From positions 1 through 64,000 of the forward strand of contig CBDFGR010000002.1 in NCBI GenBank assembly GCA_965247115.1: 64,000 nucleotides of DNA, in the 5' to 3' direction. The first letter of the stretch is position 1, and each line of letters opens with the position of its first letter. Origin of the DNA: Myxococcota bacterium (lineage in GTDB: Bacteria > Myxococcota_A > UBA9160 > SZUA-336). The notes beneath the pieces are model-generated. The model did not search any database. It worked only from the letters and a program-made list of their open reading frames with translations, and was not told the DNA's origin. Of this stretch, positions 47,461-57,941 are shown one piece after another. A program made the position numbers and the translations under genes.

Positions 47461-48936
47461 CTAGGAGCGGATGGTCAGTGCGCTCTCGCCGTCGATGCTC
47501 GCGCTGCGGCCACAGAATTCCTCCTGGGTCATGGCCGACATCAATTCGATGTCAGTCGTGTTCGCCCAAGTGCGACTTCCGTCAGCGGTCAGGCATGCGA
47601 CGTGTCCCATGACGGGTCCGTCGGCATCGAACATCACGGTATAGGATTCCACCGTTACGTTGCCTCTGAATTCCGACACGCATTCGCGCGCCGGTAGCGC
47701 ATCGATCTCGTCCTGAACGTTCTCGCAGCGAAACTCGTGTTCCGGTGGCTCGCTCGCATAAACACCGTGTGCATGTTTGTACAGATTGCCACCGTTAGCG
47801 GTAATCAGCCCCCGCTTGCCCGGATGCTCCCGCAGAAGCTCGGTCATTCGGGCGATGGCGTGCATGACGTAGTTGTTGATGGGGCCGCCGCCGAAGGTCA
47901 GTCCCCCGGTCACGGTCAGCTGATCGGTTTCCGAGAGTCCCAGCTCCATGGCGGCCACCTGAACGGCCGAAGGGAAACAGCTGTACAGGTCGACGAACGC
48001 AAGGTCCCTGGCCTCGATCTGCGCCAACTCGAGAACGCGACGCCCTACGAATCTGATCCCCGGCGAGGTGTAGAAATTGTCGCGCACCGAGGCGGAGAAA
48101 CGATCATATCCTTCCGCGCCGGCATGCGGGTACACCCACAGCTCCTCGGCAATGCCCAGCTGCTTGGCTTTGCGCGTCGAGCACACGATCAAGGCCGCGG
48201 CCATGTCCACGGAATTGTTGGCGTTCATCAGCTTGGTGTAGGGGAAACTCACTCGGCGATTTGCGGGCGCGGGCGTGCGGATTTCCTCGGCCGACACCTT
48301 CTGGCGGATCCACGCATGCGGATTGCCCTGAGCCACGGCGTTGAAGCGAGACCAGAGCTCCGAGATACGTACCAGATGCTCATCGATGGTCTCGCCACGG
48401 TGATGGCGAATGGCGTTGTCGTACATGGGGTACACCTGGATTGCCTGTCGAATACCCTTGGCGACCTCGAACTCGTGATGCTCGGGGTTCTGCGCAGAGC
48501 CAAACAGCAAATCGTACTGCCCCGGTGCATCGCGCTCGGACAAGGCGACTCCCGCCCGCCGTGCCTTGCCAGAGCTGTACCCATTCTCTGCGCCGGTGAT
48601 CAGCGCCAGGTCCAGCTCGCCAGCGAGAATCGACGCCGCGGTCTGGTTCATGAGCGCCTGGTTCTGATTGCCACCCACCAGCGTGCCCACGGTCTGCGCG
48701 CCCGGAGCGCCGATCCTGCCCGCGATCAGCTTGGCCGGATTGGCGTAGCGCCACATGCCGCGCACGACGCGCACGGACTGCGCTTGTTGGAGCACGCCGC
48801 CGACCCCGGTGTCCTTCTCGGCCCGGTTGCACGCTTCGAGCATCATGTCCACGGGCTCCAAGGCGTCGTCAAGGCTTTCGATGCGCTGGCCGAACTGGCC
48901 TACGCCGACCAGAACCGGTGTGTTTGGACTGGTCAC
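47461..48936 (-). CDS. Thiolase-like protein
   Basis: PVLVGVGQ, FPYTKLM.AN..VD, DLYSCFPSAV, TGGLTFGGGP.NNY. Confidence 0.85.
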   Translation of the reverse strand: MTSPNTPVLVGVGQFGQRIESLDDALEPVDMMLEACNRAEKDTGVGGVLQQAQSVRVVRGMWRYANPAKLIAGRIGAPGAQTVGTLVGGNQNQALMNQTAASILAGELDLALITGAENGYSSGKARRAGVALSERDAPGQYDLLFGSAQNPEHHEFEVAKGIRQAIQVYPMYDNAIRHHRGETIDEHLVRISELWSRFNAVAQGNPHAWIRQKVSAEEIRTPAPANRRVSFPYTKLMNANNSVDMAAALIVCSTRKAKQLGIAEELWVYPHAGAEGYDRFSASVRDNFYTSPGIRFVGRRVLELAQIEARDLAFVDLYSCFPSAVQVAAMELGLSETDQLTVTGGLTFGGGPINNYVMHAIARMTELLREHPGKRGLITANGGNLYKHAHGVYASEPPEHEFRCENVQDEIDALPARECVSEFRGNVTVESYTVMFDADGPVMGHVACLTADGSRTWANTTDIELMSAMTQEEFCGRSASIDGESALTIRS

Positions 48937-48968
48937 TGGTTCACCTCGCCGCGTCCTGCGGAACTACG

Positions 48969-49745
48969 TCAGTCCTCTTCGACCCAAGATGGTTTGCGTT
49001 TCTCGCGAAACGCAGCCATGCCCTCCGCGGCCTCCTCGGAGCGGAACATGCGCCCACTCCATTCGGCGGTCTCCTTGAAGCCCTCCTCGATGGAGAGCTG
49101 CGGCACCCGACGGACCAGCTTCTTGCATTCGACCACAGCGGTCGGGCCGCCGAGATTGATCATCTCGATTTCCGCCTCGACCGCGGAAACGAGCTGGCCG
49201 GCCGGTACCGCCCGGTGTGCCAGGCCCATCTCGACTGCTCGAGTTCCCGTGAAGCGTTCACCCGTGACGAAGAGTTTCATACCGTAGTGGGTGCCGAGCT
49301 TGCGAAGACAGACCACGGAGATCACCGCAGGAATGACGCCAATTCGCACCTCGCTGAAGCTGAACACCGCCTTGTCGACAGCGATGACGATATCCGCAGC
49401 GCCAACGAGGCCGAGGCCACCGGCAAACGCGGGGCCGTTTACGGCGGCTATCACGGGCTTGTCGCTCTCCATGATCTGGGTGAGCACGTCCGGATAGGGG
49501 ACAACTCGCCGGCCCTCGATGGCCTGCCCAGGCGGGCTCTTGAGATCGGCGCCGGCACAGAATGCCGGACCCGTGCCCGTGATGACGATACAGCGTATCC
49601 CCGGATCTTCGTTCGCGGCCAACAGGTGCTCGTACAGTTCACTCACGAGAACTGAGGAGAGGGCATTGCGGTTCGCAGGTCGGTTGAGGGTGATCCACGC
49701 TGCGCCGTCCTTGATATCGTACAGAGTCGCTTCCGTGGTAGGCAC
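48969..49745 (-). CDS. Enoyl-CoA hydratase (LiuC/AtuE-like)
   Basis: FCAGADL, AGGLGL, FSEVRIGVIP; adjacent to the carboxylase. Confidence 0.88.
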   Translation of the reverse strand: MPTTEATLYDIKDGAAWITLNRPANRNALSSVLVSELYEHLLAANEDPGIRCIVITGTGPAFCAGADLKSPPGQAIEGRRVVPYPDVLTQIMESDKPVIAAVNGPAFAGGLGLVGAADIVIAVDKAVFSFSEVRIGVIPAVISVVCLRKLGTHYGMKLFVTGERFTGTRAVEMGLAHRAVPAGQLVSAVEAEIEMINLGGPTAVVECKKLVRRVPQLSIEEGFKETAEWSGRMFRSEEAAEGMAAFREKRKPSWVEED

Positions 49746-49747
49746 GT

Positions 49748-51727
49748 CTACTCCCCTTGCTCTGCGAGTACGACTAGCATCTGGCCATTGTCAACTTGAT
49801 CGCCCACGGCAACGTTGACTTGTGTGACCGTCCCGTCGACTGGGGCTGTAATTCGATGCTCCATCTTCATGGCTTCGAGGATCACGAGCAGCTGACCGGC
49901 GACGACAGAATCTCCAACAGCGACCTCTGTAACCAGAATCTTGCCCGGCATCGGGGCCAACAGTCCGCCTGTGAATTCAGCGGCTCCAGCCCCCGGGAAC
50001 CGCGGTAGCTCGGTAAGCTCGGTGTCACCGCTGGGTCCGTGCACGAACCAGCGGTCGCCGTCGCCTGTCACGGACATACCGATCCGTCGCTCATCTACTG
50101 CGAGATCGATGTTTTCACCGTCCACACCGAAGAGCGTCACCGTGCAGTTGCACTCGCCGACTCTGACCTTGAAGGTGCCATCGCGCTGGGCCCGGTACTC
50201 CACTGACATTTCCGCATGCCCGTCTGAGAATATGACGCGTTCCGGCGGCATCCGCGAGTTTCGCCAGCCTCCAGGGACGTCCGACAACACTTTCGCGCTG
50301 GCACGGCGCTCGTGTTGCGCATACATCACCACGGCGATAGTGGCATCGATCTGCTCGGCGGACGTGGAGGCTCGCACCCTTGCCGGGGCCACGCGCTCGA
50401 TGAAATCGGTCGTGGTATCGCCCGCAATGAACTCCGGTGTGCGGAGCGTTGCAACCAGGAAGTCCCGGTTGTGAGTGATGCCCTGAATGCGGGTTCTCTC
50501 CAGCGCGCGCGCGAGCTTGGCTACCGCTTCGCGGCGCGATGGGGCGTGGGCAATAACCTTGGCGATCAGCGGATCGAATTCCGCACTGACCTCACTCCCA
50601 GACTCGATGCCCGAATCGAAGCGAGCGTCTCCCGACGGTTCCCATGCCAAGACGACGCCCGGTGCCGGAAGAAAGTCATTGGCCGGATCCTCGGCGTAGA
50701 CGCGAGCCTCGATGGCGTGGCCTGCAATCGCGAGGTCGTCTTGACCGTAGCCGAGTTCCTCACCCTCAGCGAGGCGTATCTGCTCGCGAACGAGATCGAG
50801 CCCTGTGATCGCTTCGGTGACCGGATGCTCAACTTGCAGGCGCGTATTCACCTCGAGAAACCAGAAGTCCTTTCCATCGAGCAAGAATTCGACCGTACCA
50901 GCCGAAGAATAGCCGATGGTCTTCGCCGCCCTGAGCGCTGCTTCGCCTATCTGGGCACGAAGCGCCTCATCGACGGCCGGCGACGGTGCCTCCTCGATGA
51001 TCTTCTGGTGACGCCGCTGGATCGAGCATTCGCGCTCGAACAGGTGCACGAGGTTGCCGTAGTTGTCGCCCAGGATCTGTATCTCGACATGGCGCGAAGC
51101 GGTGAGCCATCGCTCCAGAAAGACCGTCTCGTCCCCGAAGTAGGCGGCCGCCTCTCGGCGCGCGCCGTCGACCGCATCGGCGAGTTCGCGCTCCGTTCCG
51201 ACCACTCGCATTCCCCGTCCCCCACCGCCCGCAGATGCTTTGACCAGGACGGGGTAACCGATTTCCTCCGCGGCAGCAGTCGCGTCAGCGCCGGGATTCA
51301 ACGCCTTCGCGGATAGGGTCGGTACGTCGGCTGCGAGCATTAGTGCCTTCGCGGCCAGCTTGTCCCCCATCTGGCTGATTGCGTTGGGCGAAGGGCCCAC
51401 CCACGTGATGCCCCGACTAGTGATGGCTTCGGCGAAGGCTGTGTTCTCGGCCAAGAACCCGTAACCTGGATGCACGGCGTTGGCGCCCGATGTCTCGCAG
51501 GCCGATAGGACCTTGTCCAGGTCAAGATAGGTCTCGACTGACGACCGGCCGTTGAGGGCGATGGCCATGTCGGCGTCGCGGACATAGGGCGCGTTGGTAT
51601 CCCCTTCGGCATAGATGGCGATCGTGCTGATCCCCATGTCCTGGGCTGTGCGGAAGATCCGGCGTGCAATCTCGCCACGATTGGCAACCAGGAGCTTGGT
51701 GATGGGCTTGACGCTCACATCCGCCAC
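49748..51727 (-). CDS. Acyl-CoA carboxylase alpha subunit (biotin carboxylase plus BCCP; AtuF/LiuD-like)
   Basis: ANRGEIA, HPGYGFLAE, GGGGRGM, RLQVEHPVTE, EAMKM. Confidence 0.93.
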   Translation of the reverse strand: MADVSVKPITKLLVANRGEIARRIFRTAQDMGISTIAIYAEGDTNAPYVRDADMAIALNGRSSVETYLDLDKVLSACETSGANAVHPGYGFLAENTAFAEAITSRGITWVGPSPNAISQMGDKLAAKALMLAADVPTLSAKALNPGADATAAAEEIGYPVLVKASAGGGGRGMRVVGTERELADAVDGARREAAAYFGDETVFLERWLTASRHVEIQILGDNYGNLVHLFERECSIQRRHQKIIEEAPSPAVDEALRAQIGEAALRAAKTIGYSSAGTVEFLLDGKDFWFLEVNTRLQVEHPVTEAITGLDLVREQIRLAEGEELGYGQDDLAIAGHAIEARVYAEDPANDFLPAPGVVLAWEPSGDARFDSGIESGSEVSAEFDPLIAKVIAHAPSRREAVAKLARALERTRIQGITHNRDFLVATLRTPEFIAGDTTTDFIERVAPARVRASTSAEQIDATIAVVMYAQHERRASAKVLSDVPGGWRNSRMPPERVIFSDGHAEMSVEYRAQRDGTFKVRVGECNCTVTLFGVDGENIDLAVDERRIGMSVTGDGDRWFVHGPSGDTELTELPRFPGAGAAEFTGGLLAPMPGKILVTEVAVGDSVVAGQLLVILEAMKMEHRITAPVDGTVTQVNVAVGDQVDNGQMLVVLAEQGE

Positions 51728-53367
51728 GTGCCGAACTCCTTCGTCCCGGCCACTTTCTTGTTATGGCAGGCCGAGAGCGCGAAGGCGATGACGGTCCGGC
51801 TGTCTCGCGGGTCGATCATACCGTCGTCGGAGACGCGTGACGTTGCGAAGAGTCCCTTGGACTGCTCTTCCGCAAAGAGTATCGCGCCTTCTGCGCGTCT
51901 GGCGTCTGCTTCCTCGTCGAACTCGATCCCGCGGCGCTCGGCCGCGGCTCGTCCTACTATGGTCATGACGCCGGCCATCTGTCTTGGCCCCATCACGGCA
52001 ATCTTGGCCGTGGGCCAGATGAACGTGAAGCGCGTACCGTAGGCACGGCCGCTCATGCCGTAGTTACCGGCGCCATAGGATGCGCCGACGATCATCGTGA
52101 TATGGGGCACGGTGGAGTTCGTAACGGCGTTGATCATCTTTGAGCCGTCCTTCGTGATCCCGCCCTGCTCGAAGTCTGTGCCGACGATATACCCCGTGAT
52201 GTTGTGGAGGAACAGGAGCGGGACGTCTATTTGATTACACAGCTGGATGAACTGCGACGCTTTCTCCGATGACTCGGACATCAGAGCACCGTTGTTGGCG
52301 AGGACGCCCATCGGATAACCCTGGACGGAGGCCCAACCGGTGACCAGCGTGGGACCATAGCGGGGCTTGAACTCCTCGAATCGCGAACCATCAACGATGC
52401 GCGCTATGACCTCGCGGATGTCGAACGGCTTGGTCAGATCCTCCGCCACGATTCCCAGCAACTCCTCGGGATCATAAAGCGGTTCGTCGGCCGGCATGCT
52501 CGGCCCAGGCCCCTCCTTTCGCCAGTTGAGATGCGCCACGACCTCGCGACACAGTCGAATCCCGTCAAGCTCGTCCTCGGCGAGATAGTCGCCAAGTCCC
52601 GAGATGGCTGTGTGCATGTCGGCCCCACCAAGGGCCTCCGGATCGGCGTCCTCGCCCGTTGCCATCTTCACGAGAGGTGGCCCGCCGAGTGAAACCATTG
52701 CTTGGTTGCGCACGAAGATGTTGTAGTCGCTCATGCCGGGTTGGTAGGCACCACCCGCGGTCGAGGCGCCGAAGACCACCGATATGGTCGGGATACGCAT
52801 CTTGGACAGCTCAGTGATCTCGTAGAAGAGTCGCCCCGACTCGGCAAAGTGAGTCGTGCCAACGCGGCGCATGGCATCTTCGAAGCTGCCGCCCTCGCCG
52901 CCACCGCCACCACCGCCACCACGTAGGTCGGCGCCCGCCGATTCGACGAACTGCACATAGGGTATGCGGTTCTCTCGACAGATCTCGAGTCCACGGGTGA
53001 GCTTCTTCCCGTTGAACGCGTTGAACGCTCCTGCGCGCACCGATGGGTCGTGACCGAGGATCACGCATTCCACACCTTCGATCACGCCGATGCCAACCAC
53101 GAAACCGGATCCGACATTGACGTTCGAGCGCCAGCCAGCAAGGGGACTGATCTCGAGAAACGGTGAGTCGCGGTCCAGCACCCAGCTGATGCGATCGCGA
53201 ATCGCCATCTTGTTGCGAGCGCGCAGGCGTGCCATCGCCTCCTCGCCGCCGCCTCTGGCGGCTTCCTCGTAGAGCTCGTCGAGGAACGCGAGCTTCTCGA
53301 GCATGTTAGAGCGGTTTTGAGCGTACGTTTTCGATCGGGTGTCGAGGTTCGATTCGAGCACTGCCAT
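51715..53367 (-). CDS. Acyl-CoA carboxylase carboxyltransferase subunit (AtuC/LiuB-like)
   Basis: ESAGADL, TAGGAY.PGMSD, GGPPLVKMATGE, SYGAGNYGM. Confidence 0.92.
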   Translation of the reverse strand: MAVLESNLDTRSKTYAQNRSNMLEKLAFLDELYEEAARGGGEEAMARLRARNKMAIRDRISWVLDRDSPFLEISPLAGWRSNVNVGSGFVVGIGVIEGVECVILGHDPSVRAGAFNAFNGKKLTRGLEICRENRIPYVQFVESAGADLRGGGGGGGGEGGSFEDAMRRVGTTHFAESGRLFYEITELSKMRIPTISVVFGASTAGGAYQPGMSDYNIFVRNQAMVSLGGPPLVKMATGEDADPEALGGADMHTAISGLGDYLAEDELDGIRLCREVVAHLNWRKEGPGPSMPADEPLYDPEELLGIVAEDLTKPFDIREVIARIVDGSRFEEFKPRYGPTLVTGWASVQGYPMGVLANNGALMSESSEKASQFIQLCNQIDVPLLFLHNITGYIVGTDFEQGGITKDGSKMINAVTNSTVPHITMIVGASYGAGNYGMSGRAYGTRFTFIWPTAKIAVMGPRQMAGVMTIVGRAAAERRGIEFDEEADARRAEGAILFAEEQSKGLFATSRVSDDGMIDPRDSRTVIAFALSACHNKKVAGTKEFGTWRM

Positions 53368-53383
53368 GACGTGATCCCTCTAG

Positions 53384-53995
53384 CTACATTTCAAAGGCGC
53401 GCTGATACCCGTCTCGCTTCGTGATGCGGTCCCAGTACTTCCTGACGTTGGGCGTGAAGGCCTCGTTGATGTCCAGGGATTGCGCGAGCACCAGGGAGTA
53501 CACGATGCAAATGTCGGCGATCGTGAAACGCCCAGAGCAAAGATACTCGCGGTCGGCCATTGCATCTTCCACCGAGCGTAGCCTTCCCAGGAACCACTTC
53601 TTGTAGTCGCTAGCGACCTGGGGGTTGCGTTTGTGCTCGGGCTCGAGGCGCGTATAGCGCAGAACCAGAGTCTGGGGAAATGTCAGGGTGGCGTCGCTTC
53701 GATGCAGCCAATTCAGATAGGCGCCGTAGTCCGCTTCGTTCTTTTGCACCGCGAGGTCAGTGGGCCCATAGGTGTCCACCAGGTACTGACAGATTCCCGC
53801 CGACTCGGTCATGATGACATCGTCATCTGCCATGCAAGGCACCGTGCCGAGCGGATTGATCTTCAAGTATTCCTTGTGCAGGTAGCGCGGTGGAAATGGC
53901 ATGGTGATCAGCTCGTAGTCGAGCCCCATTTCCTCGAGCGTCCACAGCGGGCGCATGGAGCGCGCGCGAACACAGTGGTAGAGCTTGATTGTCAT
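53384..53995 (-). CDS. Glutathione S-transferase family protein
   Basis: RS.R..W.LEE, INPLGTVP, ESAGI, FTIAD. Confidence 0.9.
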   Translation of the reverse strand: MTIKLYHCVRARSMRPLWTLEEMGLDYELITMPFPPRYLHKEYLKINPLGTVPCMADDDVIMTESAGICQYLVDTYGPTDLAVQKNEADYGAYLNWLHRSDATLTFPQTLVLRYTRLEPEHKRNPQVASDYKKWFLGRLRSVEDAMADREYLCSGRFTIADICIVYSLVLAQSLDINEAFTPNVRKYWDRITKRDGYQRAFEM

Positions 53996-54074
53996 CGTCT
54001 CCCCCTAGGACTTGGGCCCAGCCGCACTCATCATTCTATATCAGGAGTGCCGTGCGCGGTCGGACCTCGGATTG

Positions 54075-55172
54075 CTAGGCGGAGCTAGGGCGCGTCAGAG
54101 CGTCGCCTTCACGCCACGGCGAAATCTGTCCTTCGTAGACAGACGGACCCATGCGGAAGTGCGCCGCTTGGTCGAGCGTTTCGACAAACGGCATGTCTAT
54201 CGGATAGACGCTCTCGACACTCGGGAGAGCGCCCGCCTTCGAAACGTGGCCCCAAAGCGGGTGTCCCATCACTTCCTCCGCGATGCAGGCCGCCTCGATG
54301 ACCTTGTCGAGGTTGTAGCCCGTCTCGATGCCCATCTGATGGCAGAGATGAACGAAATCCTCCGTCGGCACGTGCCCCGCGGCGCGACCATTACCACAGT
54401 AGGGGCAGCCTCCCATGCCGCCAAGAGACGTATCGAACTCCGTGGTACCCAGCATCAGGGCTTCGTAGAAACTCGCCATGGTTACACCACGGGTGTTGTG
54501 CAAGTGCATGTGGAAGGTCGTGATCTCCGGATACTTCTCCTGAATGGCCATCAGGGTTTCTCGGACTGTATGCGGCATGTTCCAGCCCATCGCGTCCAGG
54601 AACGACAAGCGCTTTACCTCGATTCCAGCGCTGTGCCATTTGCCCATCATGAGATCCAGGAGCTCCATCCGTTGCTCCAGGCTGAACGGCCCTTCGAAGT
54701 TGGAGCCGAACGGATTGCCGAGCGCCACCGATCCGGACTCGGCGCTGGCATCGCGCGCGGCTCGGATGGTGACTTCCATCGCAGCGATCTGCTCCGCTTG
54801 CGTGCGATTGTAATTTCGGCGTGCGAACGAGTCGCAGAACTCGACGTGTGTGCCAAAACCGCCCCGTTGCACGTCGATCTTCGGATAGTACGCGTTCGCG
54901 CGATCGAATCCGCGCTTGTTGAACACGGCGGCCGTGTACCTTATCCCCGGTTTGGGCACGAACTGCTCGGCGATCTCATCGATGCACGCCATCGACGGGG
55001 TCCACTTGGGATGAGCGAACGAGCCGATCGAGATGACCTTGGCGCCCATCTCGCCGATGGCATCGAGAAGGCGAAGCTTTTCCGAGACCGGAATATCCGG
55101 GCTCTCGATCTGTAGGCCTTCTCGCATCGTGTCATCGGTGATGGTGACGACCTTGGGCAATGCGCTGCTCAT
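54075..55172 (-). CDS. HMG-CoA-lyase-like DRE-TIM metallolyase
   Basis: MREGLQ, HLHNTRG, GGMGGCPY, G.VPTED. Confidence 0.85.
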   Translation of the reverse strand: MSSALPKVVTITDDTMREGLQIESPDIPVSEKLRLLDAIGEMGAKVISIGSFAHPKWTPSMACIDEIAEQFVPKPGIRYTAAVFNKRGFDRANAYYPKIDVQRGGFGTHVEFCDSFARRNYNRTQAEQIAAMEVTIRAARDASAESGSVALGNPFGSNFEGPFSLEQRMELLDLMMGKWHSAGIEVKRLSFLDAMGWNMPHTVRETLMAIQEKYPEITTFHMHLHNTRGVTMASFYEALMLGTTEFDTSLGGMGGCPYCGNGRAAGHVPTEDFVHLCHQMGIETGYNLDKVIEAACIAEEVMGHPLWGHVSKAGALPSVESVYPIDMPFVETLDQAAHFRMGPSVYEGQISPWREGDALTRPSSA

Positions 55173-55258
55173 TGGGCATTCTCCGAGAATCTGAAGGAAC
55201 AAGTTTATCAAGCACAGCGCGCTGCGTCGAGGAAAGATGAGACAATCGCCGCCAGCAC

Positions 55259-56692
55259 ATGGCGGATCGCAAGATCGCATTCAGCAGCAAGCTTAGCTTC
55301 GGCATCGGACAGGTCGCCGAGGGGCTCCAGAACGCCGCGTTCGGGATCCTCGTACTCTTCTACTACAACCAAGTCCTGGAGGTGCCCGGGACGCTGTGCG
55401 GCCTTGCCCTGGGGATCGCGCTGATCTTCGAAGCCGTCACCGACCCCCTGGCTGGGTCCCTCTCGGACAACTGGAAGTCGCGGCTGGGCCGGCGGCATCC
55501 ATTCATGTACGCGTCGGCGATTCCGCTGGCGCTGGCATTCTTTGGACTGTTTAGCCCGCCTGAGCTCGGCTCGGTCGGGCTGTTCCTGTGGCTGCTCGTG
55601 TTCGCGATCCTCACTCGAGCGGCGATGACGCTCTACCACGTGCCGCACATGGCGCTGGGCGCGGAGCTCACGGAGAACTTCGAAGAGCGGACCGTGATCG
55701 TGGCCTACCGCCAGGCCTTCGGAACCTTCGGGGGCATGCTCGCGGTGGCGCTCGCGTTCGGCTGGTTCTTTGCGGACGCGCGAGGTGGCCGGCTGAACGT
55801 CGCGGCGTACTCGCCGTACGCGATAGTGCTGGGCGTGCTCATGGTTCTCACGATTTGGATCTCCGCGTACGGGACGCAGAAGGAGATCCCCCACCTGCCC
55901 GTTCCGGGCGAGCGTTGGCGCGAGCGCGGTGTGCTGGGCCGGCTGGTGCACGAGATCCGCGACGCCTTTCAGAACGCCTCGTTCCGCTGGCTGTTTGCAG
56001 GCGTGCTGATCCTCTCTCTGATGGTGGGCGTCGACGGAGCGCTCAACCTCTACCTGTATCAGTACTTCTGGGAGCTCGATGGCCAGCAGATCCTGCTGCT
56101 GACAATCACGACTCCCGTGGGCCTGATACTCGGGACCTTCTTCGCGAAGTCGCTGCACGGCCTGTTCGACAAGAAGCCAGGCCTGGTAATCGGTGTCACG
56201 GGCTGGGCGATCTGCCAGATCGTACCGGTGGTGCTGCGGCTCATCGAATGGTTCCCGGAGAACGGCACCGCGCTACTCATGTGGCACCTGCTCGGCTACA
56301 AATTCTTCCAGGGCGTGATCGTGGCGCAGGCGCTCGTGAGCTTCGGTTCGATGATGGCCGACGTCGCGGATGAGCACGAGCTCCAGTCGGGCCAGCGTCG
56401 AGAGGGCATCTTCTTCGGAGCGGTCGCGTTCTCCGGCAAGAGCGCCTCCGGGCTCGGCAACATCGTCGCGGGCCTGGGCCTGGACGTGATCTCCTGGCCG
56501 CGCGGCACGCATATCCAGACGGCAGCGGACGTAGCGCCGCAGACCCTCGTCCAGCTGGGGCTTCTCTACGGGCCGATCGTCGCCGGATTCGCGATCGTCT
56601 CGATCTGGTGTTTCGCGCACTACACGCTGAACCGCGCTCGCCACAGCGAGATCCTTGGCAAGCTGCAGCAAGTGAGGCAAGCACGGGGCTGA
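55259..56692 (+). CDS. GPH-family (MFS_2) symporter
   Basis: DPLAG.LSD...RLGRRHP, P..ALGAELT, ADVADE.E...G.RREG.F. Confidence 0.9.
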   Translation: MADRKIAFSSKLSFGIGQVAEGLQNAAFGILVLFYYNQVLEVPGTLCGLALGIALIFEAVTDPLAGSLSDNWKSRLGRRHPFMYASAIPLALAFFGLFSPPELGSVGLFLWLLVFAILTRAAMTLYHVPHMALGAELTENFEERTVIVAYRQAFGTFGGMLAVALAFGWFFADARGGRLNVAAYSPYAIVLGVLMVLTIWISAYGTQKEIPHLPVPGERWRERGVLGRLVHEIRDAFQNASFRWLFAGVLILSLMVGVDGALNLYLYQYFWELDGQQILLLTITTPVGLILGTFFAKSLHGLFDKKPGLVIGVTGWAICQIVPVVLRLIEWFPENGTALLMWHLLGYKFFQGVIVAQALVSFGSMMADVADEHELQSGQRREGIFFGAVAFSGKSASGLGNIVAGLGLDVISWPRGTHIQTAADVAPQTLVQLGLLYGPIVAGFAIVSIWCFAHYTLNRARHSEILGKLQQVRQARG

Positions 56693-56720
56693 CCTCGGAC
56701 TGGGCGCAGGAGACAATGAC

Positions 56721-57905
56721 CTAGGCGATGGTTCCACTCGCGCGCAGGCGGGCGATCTGGGCTTCCGACCTGCCGAGCTCCTGCAGCACCTGGTTGGTAT
56801 GCTCCCCCAGTGCGGGGGCCGCCGTGCGGATCGCGGTGGGCGTCCCCCCGAAGCGTGCCGCGGGACGCGGCTGACGCACGCGCCCCAGGGATTCGAACTC
56901 CTGCTCCACGATCAGCTCGTTGGCGATCACCTGCGGATCGTTCGCTACCTCGCCTCGGGGTCGCATCGGGGCGCACGGAACGCCTGCCGCGTCCAGACGA
57001 CGACACACCTCGGCGACGCCCATTCCCTGAAACATCCCCTGCAGCTCCCGCTGCAGGGACTCGAAGTTGCGACCGCGACGGTTGGGTGAGCGGAAGCGCT
57101 CGTCCTTGATCAGCTCGGGCCGTTCCATCTCCGCGCACAGGGCGTGCCACTCGACATTCGAACTGGGGTATACCGCCATGAACCCATCCGCGGCCTCGAA
57201 GACAGCGTAGATGTCGGTCATGGTCAGACCCCGTCTGACGTCGTCCCCGATGAAGGTCTCGTTGACCATCCCGTCGGGCCACAGGAACGCGACGGCCGCG
57301 TCCAGCATGGCGAGCCGCACATGCTGTCCCCCCTTGCCCGTGGCTCGCGCGAGCAGGGCCGCCGTGATCATCTGCGCGGCCGTGAGCGACGTGACCTTGT
57401 CGCACACAATGTTGCGGACGTAGTCGGGCCGGCCGACCGCGGGATTCGTTTGCGTCTCGACCATGCCGGAGATCATCTGGATGACCGGGTCGTAGACGCG
57501 CTTTCCCGCGTACGGGCCGCGGTCGCCGAAGCCCGAGATCGAGACGTACACGATGTCGTCCTTGACGCGCCGAACGTCGTCGTAGCCGACGCCGAGTCGC
57601 TCGACGGCACCGGGCCGGAAGTTCTGGACGAACGCGTCCGCGGTTCCTACCAGCTCCAGCAGCAGCTCGACGCCTGCAGGGTTTCTCAGGTCGATCGCGA
57701 TGGAGCGCTTGTTGCGGTTGATCGACGCGAAGACGGTGGACACGGTGCCCCGGCGATAGCCGACGGTCCGCACCATATCGCCGATGCGCGGCGGCTCCAC
57801 CTTGATCACGTCAGCGCCCTGGTCGGCCAGAATCTGGGTGGCGAAAGGGCCGGAGACGATCGCCGTCAGGTCGACAATCCGGATGCCCTCGAGCGGACCT
57901 GTCAT
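56721..57905 (-). CDS. Family III CoA-transferase (CaiB/BaiF)
   Basis: PLEGIRIVDL, GADVIKVEP, NRNKRS, NFRPG, LGEHT. Confidence 0.93.
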   Translation of the reverse strand: MTGPLEGIRIVDLTAIVSGPFATQILADQGADVIKVEPPRIGDMVRTVGYRRGTVSTVFASINRNKRSIAIDLRNPAGVELLLELVGTADAFVQNFRPGAVERLGVGYDDVRRVKDDIVYVSISGFGDRGPYAGKRVYDPVIQMISGMVETQTNPAVGRPDYVRNIVCDKVTSLTAAQMITAALLARATGKGGQHVRLAMLDAAVAFLWPDGMVNETFIGDDVRRGLTMTDIYAVFEAADGFMAVYPSSNVEWHALCAEMERPELIKDERFRSPNRRGRNFESLQRELQGMFQGMGVAEVCRRLDAAGVPCAPMRPRGEVANDPQVIANELIVEQEFESLGRVRQPRPAARFGGTPTAIRTAAPALGEHTNQVLQELGRSEAQIARLRASGTIA

Positions 57906-57941
57906 GCCGGCCCTCCCATCCGACGCACGGCCCCGTGCGGG

